64,000 nucleotides of DNA from an uncultured Planctomycetota bacterium. Lineage in GTDB: Bacteria; Planctomycetota; Planctomycetia; Isosphaerales; Isosphaeraceae. Within the stretch, counting starts at the first letter, position 1. The number at the start of each line of letters is the position of its first letter. Positions 56,093 to 64,000 of this stretch are shown here, one piece after another. The notes beneath the pieces are model-generated. The model did no database searches and was not told where the DNA came from. It saw only the letters and a program-made list of their open reading frames with translations. Made by a program: the position numbers and the translations under genes. The stretch spans positions 384,001 through 448,000 of the forward strand of contig CAWGMQ010000003.1 of the NCBI GenBank assembly GCA_963823665.1, given 5' to 3'.

Positions 56093-57612
56093 GTCGCTTC
56101 GTTACCGGCTCCAGGCCTGGCACACCCTGATCCTGCTGCTCGTGGTGATTGGATTCGGCGGAACGCTCTACGTCGAGGCCTCCCGGCGGCGGTTCGACGA
56201 GATCGACGGCGAGCTTCTGGCCGCCGCGCGCGTCCTCGAAGGCGTCCTTCGAACCCAGGCGCCTGCCCCGCGGACGCGGCCGCCAGAAGGGCCGGGATTC
56301 AGGGGCGGTCCACCGCCGGACCGCCCGCCGCGCCCGCGCGAAGGCCCCGGCCCTCCCGGAATGCGCCTCATGCCTCCGCACCCGCCGCGGTTCCAGCCCA
56401 GCGCACTGAGCTTGCCGCATTCATTAATGGATCGATACTCGCAGCCCGGAGACGAGCCCTATTTCGTCGTGCGTGACGCCGGCGAGAATGTGCTACTCGC
56501 AGAGCCGCCCGAATACGCCACACAGGTACCGCCAGATCCATCCGTCGGTCGCTGGTACGAGTCGCACTCGCGCAACCGCGGCGCGCTCCGCGAGGTCACC
56601 CTGCTCGGTCCGGCGCGATCGACCATCCTCGTCGGACGACCAATCCACCACGAGATGGCCGGCCTGAGGCGCATGGCGTGGCAGCTCGGCTTGACCGGGC
56701 TGGGCGTGTTTCTGGCCGGCTGCGCCGGAGGCTGGTGGCTGTCGTCGCGCGCCGTGCGCCCGATCGTTGCGATGAGCGAAACGGTCTCCGGAATCAATGC
56801 CAGCAGCCTGTCACAACGGCTCGATCTCGAAGGCGTCGATACCGAGCTCGGCAGTCTGGGCACACTCATCAACACCATGCTCGAACGCCTCGAGAGGCTC
56901 GTTTGAGCAGCAGGTGCGGTTCACGGCGGATGCATCCCACGAGCTGCGAACGCCGTTGACCGTGATCCTCACGCAGGTGGAGCTAGCCCTTTCTCGGCCG
57001 CGCGAGGCCACGGCATATCGCGAATCGCTCCAAGCGTGCGGTCGCGCAGCGACGCGCATGAAGTCGCTCGTTGACGACCTTCTGACATTGGCCCGCGCTG
57101 ATTCCGGTAAGCTCGAGCTGCGCGCCGAGCCGATCGACCTCGCCCGGATCGCGGAGGGAAGCGTCGCGCTCTTGCAACCCCTGGCGCTCGAGCGCGGAGT
57201 TCGGATTCTCCGTGAGATCAACCCCGCGCCGCTCAACGGAGACCCCGAACGGCTCGGTCAAGTGATCACAAACCTTGTAAGCAACGCGATTCAGTACACT
57301 CAACCCGGCGGCAAGGTGGTCATCTCCACCCGCTGCGACGGTAGCTCCGCGCTCCTCATCGTCGAAGACACCGGTGTGGGAATCCCCGAAATCGACCTCC
57401 CGCTCGTGTTCGATCGGTTCCACCGCGTCGACAGCGCGCGGTCGCGCGGATCAGGCGGCAGCGGATTGGGATTAGCGATCTGCCAGGGCATCGTCAAAGC
57501 GCACGGCGGTGAAATCGCCGTGGCGAGCACTCTCGATCACGGTTCACGATTCACGGTGACGATTCCGATGCAGAATCGAAATCGCGACGCTGGCTCGCCG
57601 ATTTCGGGATAA
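56085..57612 (+). CDS. Sensor histidine kinase (HAMP-HisKA-HATPase), frameshift near 56900
   Basis: Two TM helices; FTADASHELRTPL; NLVSNAIQY; DTGVGI; GGSGLGLAI. Confidence 0.92.
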
Positions 57613-58010
57613 ACGCCGGCGCCGTACCAATGCGCTTCAATCAGCTACAGCCTGCCGCCGGGCGGGCCGGCATTGAGCACGAAGATAAGAGATGCTGACC
57701 TGCGTCATTTGCGTCATCTGCGTCAGCCCCTTACGCAGCCTGAAGTTACGAACGAGATTGAGATCGCCGTTCACGCAGCGCCTGCGTAATCCGCCCGCTT
57801 CGCCCAATTCGAGTGCGGTAATAACCCGAGTAATCGGAGCATTCAGTGCGTTCAAGGGCTACCGATGGTAAGCGCGCCGAGTCTCGAATGACCGTCTCCG
57901 AGCTCGCGCGATACGGGTGGCGAGCGCATACACGAAAACGACTGTGATTCCGCAGGCGGCTTTTTGTTATCGTGGTATTGTGCGAGATCTGTTTCCGAAG
58001 AGGTAACTCG

Positions 58011-58643
58011 ATGGCCACGGTAACTGCACCTACCGCTCTCCGGATCGGCCCCGCCGACAAGGGTCGCCGCATGACCCTCGAACAATTCATCGAAGCCGAT
58101 TGGGAAGAAGGCTGGCTCTACGAACTGGCAAGGGGAGTTGTCGACGTGGTTGAGGTCTCTCGTCCGTGGCACGGGCGTATCGTCGATCGCGTTGCTGAAA
58201 TGTTCATTCTGTATCGACGCCAACGCCCCGGCGTCATCCAGTATCGAGCCGGCGGCGGAGAATGCCGGCTCCGACTTCCCGGCATCGTTTCCGACCGACA
58301 CCCGGATCAGGCGATTTATCTCGACCCTGAGCCAAGCGGACCGAACGTGTGGACGCGCTGGGTTCCGCACATCGTGGTCGAAATCGTGAGCCCCGGCGGT
58401 GAAGAGCGTGACTTCGTCGAAAAACGCGAAGAGTACCTGCGAATCGGAGTGCGCGAGTACTGGATCCTTGATGCAGTAGGACGACGGATGCACTCGCTGG
58501 TCCGTGCCGGCGACGTCTGGGAAGAATCAATCGTGACGGAAGGTGGCGTTTACCAGACAAACCTGCTCCCAGGGCTCGAAGTTCGGCCGGGAGAGTTGTT
58601 GGGAAATGATGCGATCGGCACTGCGGCCGAGTCTGAGCAATAA
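58011..58643 (+). CDS. Uma2/DUF820 family putative endonuclease
   Basis: MTLEQF, YELARG, PD, VVEIVSPG, KREEYLRIGVREYWILD. Confidence 0.9.
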   Translation: MATVTAPTALRIGPADKGRRMTLEQFIEADWEEGWLYELARGVVDVVEVSRPWHGRIVDRVAEMFILYRRQRPGVIQYRAGGGECRLRLPGIVSDRHPDQAIYLDPEPSGPNVWTRWVPHIVVEIVSPGGEERDFVEKREEYLRIGVREYWILDAVGRRMHSLVRAGDVWEESIVTEGGVYQTNLLPGLEVRPGELLGNDAIGTAAESEQ

Positions 58644-58645
58644 CT

Positions 58646-59614
58646 TTGGGGGGGCACGGCGGCGTGAAGTTCAGCCGAGCCATAATTGAGAAGGCCCCTC
58701 CCGCGATCTGGGATGAACTCGATCCCGCCCCCGCACCAAAGCCCCAGTGTCGCCCTTCGCTCCGCGACGGGATCCTTCTTCAAGACCGCACCCGCGGGAA
58801 GCCCGGCCAGCGCCGAGGACTGACCACAAAGCTCTGCGAGCTGTTCGTGACTCTGGCGATGGTCGCGGTGCTCGCCGCCTTGCTCGTCCCCGCCGCGGAT
58901 TATGATTATTCTTACCACTACTCCCCGCCGCCGCCGAACGCAGGTGTTGAATTTGCCCCCGTCGCCGGCGAATACCGCCTCGGGGCGCATCGCGGACGTG
59001 GCTGGTGCCTGAGCATCCTGCCGGACGGGCGATACTCCCTCCTTATTTCAAGCTGCTCCGGTGTCGGCTATCGGGAATCAGGATCGGTCAAACGCGTCGG
59101 CGAATACCTCGTGCTTTCCGCGGCGGCGGCAATGGAGGAATCGCGGATGGCCCGTGTCTTCCGGCCCGTGAACTGGGATTGCCGCACTTATCTGATACCG
59201 CCAGAGAAGTTCCCGCAATTCATCGAAGCGATCGTCAAAGCCGACGATCCGCGCATCGGGCCAGGAAAGTTCTACGTCAAAAACCTCGACCAGCCGGTCA
59301 CCGGAGTTCCCGAATTACCGCCAGAATGGGCGGCAACCCTGCGGAATCGTTTGATGCTCGGCACGGTCGTCGAGATGTTGGCGGGAGGTCGCGCCAGGAT
59401 TGATCGCGGATCCGCAGAGGGCATCATCGCCGGAAGCGAGCTGACCGTTCAGGGACTGGATCGCTTCAGCATTAGTCGGAAGGTGAAGGTCGTCGCCGTC
59501 GAACAGCGATCGTGCACGGTGCAGCACTTCTACCACAAAGAGTTTCAAGTGCCGCTTGAACTGGGGTGCAAGGTCGTCGCGCCGCGGGACGCTCGACACG
59601 CTCTAGAACGGTGA
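58646..59614 (+). CDS. Hypothetical membrane-anchored protein, paralog of 49889-50788 (start uncertain)
   Basis: PPAIWDELDPAP, LSILPDGRYS, RTYLIPPE, RARIDRGSAEGI. Confidence 0.75.
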   Translation: MGGHGGVKFSRAIIEKAPPAIWDELDPAPAPKPQCRPSLRDGILLQDRTRGKPGQRRGLTTKLCELFVTLAMVAVLAALLVPAADYDYSYHYSPPPPNAGVEFAPVAGEYRLGAHRGRGWCLSILPDGRYSLLISSCSGVGYRESGSVKRVGEYLVLSAAAAMEESRMARVFRPVNWDCRTYLIPPEKFPQFIEAIVKADDPRIGPGKFYVKNLDQPVTGVPELPPEWAATLRNRLMLGTVVEMLAGGRARIDRGSAEGIIAGSELTVQGLDRFSISRKVKVVAVEQRSCTVQHFYHKEFQVPLELGCKVVAPRDARHALER

Positions 59615-60064
59615 TGCGACCCTGTCCAAATTGCAAGGTGGGTGCGACCACCACGTTCACACGGCCTGCCGTGGCTTGGATCAACCCCACGAACCGAACG
59701 CCACGACTCGCATAGATATGAAAAACGTCACTGCCTTCCAGACCAGACATCCTCTCGCGAGCGCAACCCCGGACCAGCGAATTCCCGCGCCGCGGCACAC
59801 TTGCGCTCACTTTCGTGTCTCAATCGTGGGAACAGCTCCCGCGGACCCCCCAAAACGTCGTCATCGTCGTCATCTCCTTTCCACATCAGGAGTTACGAAT
59901 GACGACGTTTTCGAAGCCGAAAAATCCTAGAAGCAACTCTTGAGCCCATCGGCACTTACGAATGACGACGTTTTTCGCGCCCCCCGCGTACCCCTCGTCC
60001 CGATGCTCTGCGTCGAAACATCCCCCCCCGCTCCGCAGCCCGCTCGGCGATGACGCCCCGTGTC

Positions 60065-60425
60065 GCATTCGCCACCCCTCCTCCGCCCTTGTGGAGGCCG
60101 GGCCGCCGCAGAGTGCGGAGGGGGGCTTGCGCCGAGGGAAGACCTGCGCGCCCAGCCGGCGCGAATCCCCCTCGAGTGCCGTGAAAAAAACCGGTCAAAA
60201 ACATAGTGAACAGCACCGGCGATTTGCGATGGCAATTTTTGGTGGCACGTGCCAAACGCTCTTGCGACCGCCGAAAAATGCCTCGCCGTGCGCCTATTCG
60301 ATTACATTCATTGAATTTACAGAACAGCCAATCCGCGCCAGGAGATCGCCGCAGCCTTCGAAAAATGGCAATAAGTGGCAATACTGGGACGGCTATAAAG
60401 CATTCGTACACTACTGTAAATTGCC
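60065..60425 (-). repeat. Long non-coding repeat 'A', copy 3 (inverted)
   Basis: Reverse complement contains TATTGCCACTTATTGCCATTTTTCGA (60358-60383) and TGTTCACTATGTTTTTG (60196-60212). Confidence 0.85.
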
Positions 60426-60690
60426 CGCCCTCGGCCGCGCCCGTTGACCATCGTCGCTCGCCTGAGGAAATCCCGCTCAACACAAGTGGAATCATGCTCG
60501 GCTCTCGCAAGGATTCGATGGTGAGACGAAATGAGACGAATTTGCCCAAAAGCGGTCGCCCGATCGGTCATCTCGGTCGAATCCCGGATTCTCTTCACTC
60601 ATTCGTCAGATTCGTAAGATTCGTGGTTAGACGTCCCGACGCCAGATTACATGACAGGCAAGCCACTCTTCGCACGCTCCAAAGAAGTAG

Positions 60691-60996
60691 GAGTGAATGG
60701 AATTAAATGGAACTGGATGGAACTCCCGACCCCAAAACAGTCCCATTTTGCTCGCTGTCTTGAACCCCGTCCGATGGCTGGCCGAAACACCCTGAAGCAG
60801 CGCGGAAATCTCGAGAGCCAAAGAGGATAACGCCACGAGTCCCGCTCCATGATCCCTCGGCCCACCGGGTCAAGACTCGCCCTGCCCGTGGTCCAGACCC
60901 GTCCCAGCCCAACTCGAGAGATTTCACGCCGCACGATCCCCCTTCCGGGCTGAAAGGCCAAAACAACATAGCCCAATGGCAACGCCTTGGGTTTCC
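60691..60996 (-). repeat. Long non-coding repeat 'B', inverted copy
   Basis: Colinear with 23615-23932; AGAGGATAACGCCAC at 60822-60836; three TGGAA decamers at 60695-60723. Confidence 0.85.
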
Positions 60997-61062
60997 GATG
61001 CAACGCCCTGGGTGTCCGAGGCAACGCCCTGGGCGTCCGAGGCAACGCCCTGGGTGTCCGAG
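60979..61062. repeat. Four tandem 21-bp units GCAACGCCCTGGGTGTCCGAG
   Basis: Direct tandem repeat of one arm of the B-cap hairpin. Confidence 0.9.
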
Positions 61063-61389
61063 CCGCCAATCGCGCCAACATCGCGCGCTCGCCGACCCTC
61101 CTCTCATTTAATAATATGAGTCCGGTTTCGGCTTTCGGCAACAAAAGCCTCCAAAAAAAGTGCAATCGCGCAATCGAGACGGCTGCAACGTCACGACATC
61201 CGGCTTTGCGCGATTTCTTTGTTAATTGTGAACACGCGGTCGAATCAAAACGTGTTCCGACTCCGTGAACCCACCGGCGTCAATCATCCGTCGCACTCGT
61301 CATAAGACCCGGCCAGTCACCATGGTGCCGACAACTCGATCCACGCCACGGCAATCCAACGGAAGCCGCCGGGGGCGAGCCCATCCAAT

Positions 61390-62617
61390 TCACGAAATCC
61401 TGACCGACAGGCGAGCGCCGTCGCGGCACAATGAGCGGAAGAAACCCTCGTACCGCTCCGCCAGTTTGCTCCCATCCCAGCGCTTCGCCTCAACGAGCGC
61501 CCGCCTCCGGTGCTCCGCCTCGAATTCCGCGTCATCCCACAACCGCTCGATCACAGCCACCCAGGGCGCCACTTCGTGTGCGGTCGGCACAACGTTGCTG
61601 GCCGGCGTGCACCGATCAGGGATCGCAAAGACGAACCCGGCATCACCCAGAGTCTCAGGCAGTGCTCCGCGATCGCTGGCCAGGACGGGAATGCCATTCG
61701 CCATCGCCTCGATCGGCACGCGGCCGAGCGACTCCCGCCAGAGGGATGGCATCAGCACCACCCTGCTCACCCGATAGAAATCCCGCGGATCGGGCGTATT
61801 CGCCATCCGGTGCAGGTTTGTCAGCCCCGAAAGATCAACCGGCAACCCCGCCAATCCGTCAGCGGTACCGCGGCCTTCAACAACAAGCAGCGGAATATCC
61901 GGCCGCCGCCGCCCCAGCTCCAGAGCAATCCGCGCAAAGACCGCCGCACCTTTCTCAGGCTGAGGGTTGATGAACGTCACATACTGCGGCTCGGGATTCT
62001 CGGCAATAACTCGGTCGAGCCGGATCGGGTCGGGAATGACAACCCCGTCGATACCGACCCGGCGCGAGTAAAGCCGGCGTGAATACTCGGAGGGAAAGAT
62101 GATGCCATCGACATCCTCGAATCCACGCCGATCGTTATACCCGAAGTTATGCAGATGGAAGACAACCGCGGTGCCCCTGGCCCTGGCCTTGAGCATGAGC
62201 GAACGGCTGACCGGATGCCCGCCATAGGTCAGCAGTATCTCAGGCCGGAATCGATCGAGCACCGTAGTAGCCAGGTCGATGTACATGGCACCCTCGCGCG
62301 GGTTGGGTGCCTTATCGGCGCGGCTAAACGATGTGGGCAAGATTGTGACGCGCACGCCGTCGACGTCCAGATCGAAGACCTCAGCCTCGCCCCCAAGGCT
62401 GAGCGCCGCACCCGACCGCGCAGCCGGCCTCTCAATCGAAGCGAGAACATTTTCGATGCGGGTTCTCGTTCTGGTAGTCAAGCACACCGCAAGTAAGTGC
62501 CCGCCAGTCCCACCCGCGCCCGGCGAGCAATTCGAGTAGCTCGCGGGTGGCGAGCGCCGCACCGCTCGATGGGTCCACGTAGCTGTGAATGGACGCAAAC
62601 AAAAGCCGATGAGACAT
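61390..62617 (-). CDS. GT4 glycosyltransferase (frameshift near 62460)
   Basis: MSHRLLFASIHSYVDPSSGAALAT; FINPQPEKG; LMPSLWRESLGRVPIEAMANGIPVLASDRGALPE. Confidence 0.88.
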
Positions 62618-62634
62618 ATTTGGGCAACTCCCAA

Positions 62635-62848
62635 GCCGCGCAAGCGGCAACATCATATAGCCCGGCGGCGTAAGCCCCGGGGTTCGCCGAATCGGCACGT
62701 ACCAGCACGCCTGCCCCGAAGGGGCGACATCACGTAGCCCGGCGGCGTAAGCCCCGGGCTCGCCGTATCGGTACGTCAACCCCGAAGGGGCGACATCATA
62801 TAGCCCGGCGGCGTAAGCCCCGGGATCGAGCCCGCGTAAGCCCCGGGG
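62635..62848. repeat. Tandem REP array: three ~46-bp units plus a partial one
   Basis: GCCCCGAAGGGGCGACATCAYRTAGCCCGGCGGCGTAAGCCCCGGG units separated by related linkers. Confidence 0.85.
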
Positions 62849-62927
62849 TCTGTAGGCGTCGGCTCCCTCCACCGACGGTCCGCGCGACCAACATCACATC
62901 CGCCCGCACGCCCCGCAATGGCCGACC

Positions 62928-64000
62928 TTACGATCCAACATCGCCCAGCCGCGCAATCGCCTCCCGATCCCCCGGGCACTCCTCCAGCACCGCCCGCCAC
63001 TGCCGCCGCGCCTCCTCAATATCGCCCCGTTCGTGAGCCAGCGCCGCAAGATTCCGCCGCGTGAGGTGCCCATAAATCCCGTGATCCAAGCTGGCAAACT
63101 TCCTCGGCCCCGAGAGCGTCAAGATCCTCCGCCAGCACCGCTCAGCCTCACCAGAATCACCGCTGCTCCGATGCACGACCGCCTTACGGAACCACAGCTC
63201 AGCATCCTCGGAATCGAGCGAAAGCCCCTCCGCACAGCTCGCCAGTGCCGCCGGATAATCGCGCATCATCTGGAAAGCCCGCGCAATGAGCGCATACAGC
63301 TTACGGACAATCGAATCAGTCGGTGCTGACCCCGCCAGGCTTCGCTTGAAATACCCGAGCGCCTCATTCCACTCGGCCCGTTCAATCGCGATCGACCCCA
63401 GATTGAACAACGTAAACGCATCATCCGGCCGTTCCGCCAGCTCCTCGCGCAAAATGCGGCAATCCCGCTCGAGCTTCCTGAATCGAAGCGCCCGGTCAGA
63501 ATACCCCGTATGCCGCACCGTGATATCCTTCCACACCACTGGTACCCCGGCGCGTTTCAACGCCGGCAGAATCTGCTCATGAACGCGATACGTCCACCGC
63601 ACGCCTTCGATCAGCGGAAACAGCCGGATGTGATCAACAACCGTGTCTCCCCCCGAACCATCAGGCCCCGGGTCACACGCACACCGGACGACAAAGGCGG
63701 GAGCAAAAGGGGACTGGCTCCGGCCAAGGACGCCGGTGCCTGTCCCCTTTTGCGGGCTTCCCAAACACGAATGGTCCCCCCGCAAGCCCCCAATCAACTC
63801 CTCCAACTTCGCCCGCTCCGGCGGCTCAATCAAATCATCCGCATCAAGCCAAAACGCATAATCACCTGTGGCTCGAGCCAGCGCCGCATTCCGAGCCGCC
63901 CCAAAATCATCAACCCACACAAAATCAAACACCCGCGCCCCAAACGACCGCGCAATCTCGACAGTTCGATCGCAGCTCCCCGTATCCAGCACAACAATCT
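62928..64000 (-). CDS. GT2 + TPR glycosyltransferase, 5' part outside the window
   Basis: VLDTGSCDRT, WVDDFGAARN, FWLDADD, YRVHEQI, HTGY, TPR helices. Confidence 0.9.
   Translation of the reverse strand, partial: IVVLDTGSCDRTVEIARSFGARVFDFVWVDDFGAARNAALARATGDYAFWLDADDLIEPPERAKLEELIGGLRGDHSCLGSPQKGTGTGVLGRSQSPFAPAFVVRCACDPGPDGSGGDTVVDHIRLFPLIEGVRWTYRVHEQILPALKRAGVPVVWKDITVRHTGYSDRALRFRKLERDCRILREELAERPDDAFTLFNLGSIAIERAEWNEALGYFKRSLAGSAPTDSIVRKLYALIARAFQMMRDYPAALASCAEGLSLDSEDAELWFRKAVVHRSSGDSGEAERCWRRILTLSGPRKFASLDHGIYGHLTRRNLAALAHERGDIEEARRQWRAVLEECPGDREAIARLGDVGS

Noticed and set aside
60979..61062. 21-bp repeats as a CRISPR array or a PRALPRT-repeat protein (ORF 60647-61165)
   Set aside because: There are no spacers, and the ORF is read through repeat B with no protein-like signal.
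62635..62848. Repeat-spacer pattern resembling a CRISPR array
   Set aside because: Only three units; the linkers resemble each other (TCGCCGAATCGGCACGT / TCGCCGTATCGGTACGT) and differ in length; the units are REP-like double hairpins; no cas genes are present.
1..64000. Widespread pseudogenisation or programmed frameshifting
   Set aside because: Single-base indels also hit normally essential genes (yidC, tsaB), motifs are otherwise intact and I saw few or no in-frame stops. Sequencing error is the simplest explanation; read polishing would confirm it.
1..64000. tRNA, rRNA, prophage or reverse-transcriptase systems
   Set aside because: I found no cloverleaf or rRNA-like sequence and no capsid, terminase, integrase or RT motifs by eye; a covariance-model scan was not possible.

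Overview
GC-rich bacterial chromosomal segment, most likely from a planctomycete. This is inferred from the gene families present: DUF1573 proteins, a Ser/Thr kinase-NTPase-FGE fusion, WD40, YHYH, Uma2 and TPR-glycosyltransferases. Many genes carry single-base frameshifts, including normally essential yidC and tsaB, so most indels are probably sequencing or assembly errors. From start to end the window holds: two tandem RND permeases, trmL and a DJ-1 protein; a minus-strand glycosyltransferase / IscU-like / Gly-Cys-rich locus cut by a complete IS66 that has no target duplication; an orphan HipA N-terminal gene; a TlpA-like protein; a ~4.6 kb gene-poor region; an ABC permease; a giant kinase; a housekeeping block (rplY, pth, rpsF, fumC, mnmE, yidC, tsaB); DUF1573 genes with a multiheme cytochrome; WD40; an EF-hand/YHYH/two-component operon; Uma2; a second ~1.7 kb gene-poor region; and a second glycosyltransferase cluster. 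Four signals stand out. (1) The two gene-poor regions, ~37 kb apart and inverted, are built from the same long non-coding modules (~320-360 bp 'A' and 'B' plus an AT-rich 'C' motif), in the same order, with 10-bp-phased repeats and REP-like hairpin caps. (2) A 185-bp MITE with 12-bp TIRs and an 8-bp TSD, carrying a REP pair, is nested in one A copy. (3) REP-like palindromes appear translated in frame inside several genes. (4) The first glycosyltransferase locus may be a protein-glycosylation system linked to a divergent Fe-S scaffold. All alignments were done by eye; no database searches were run.
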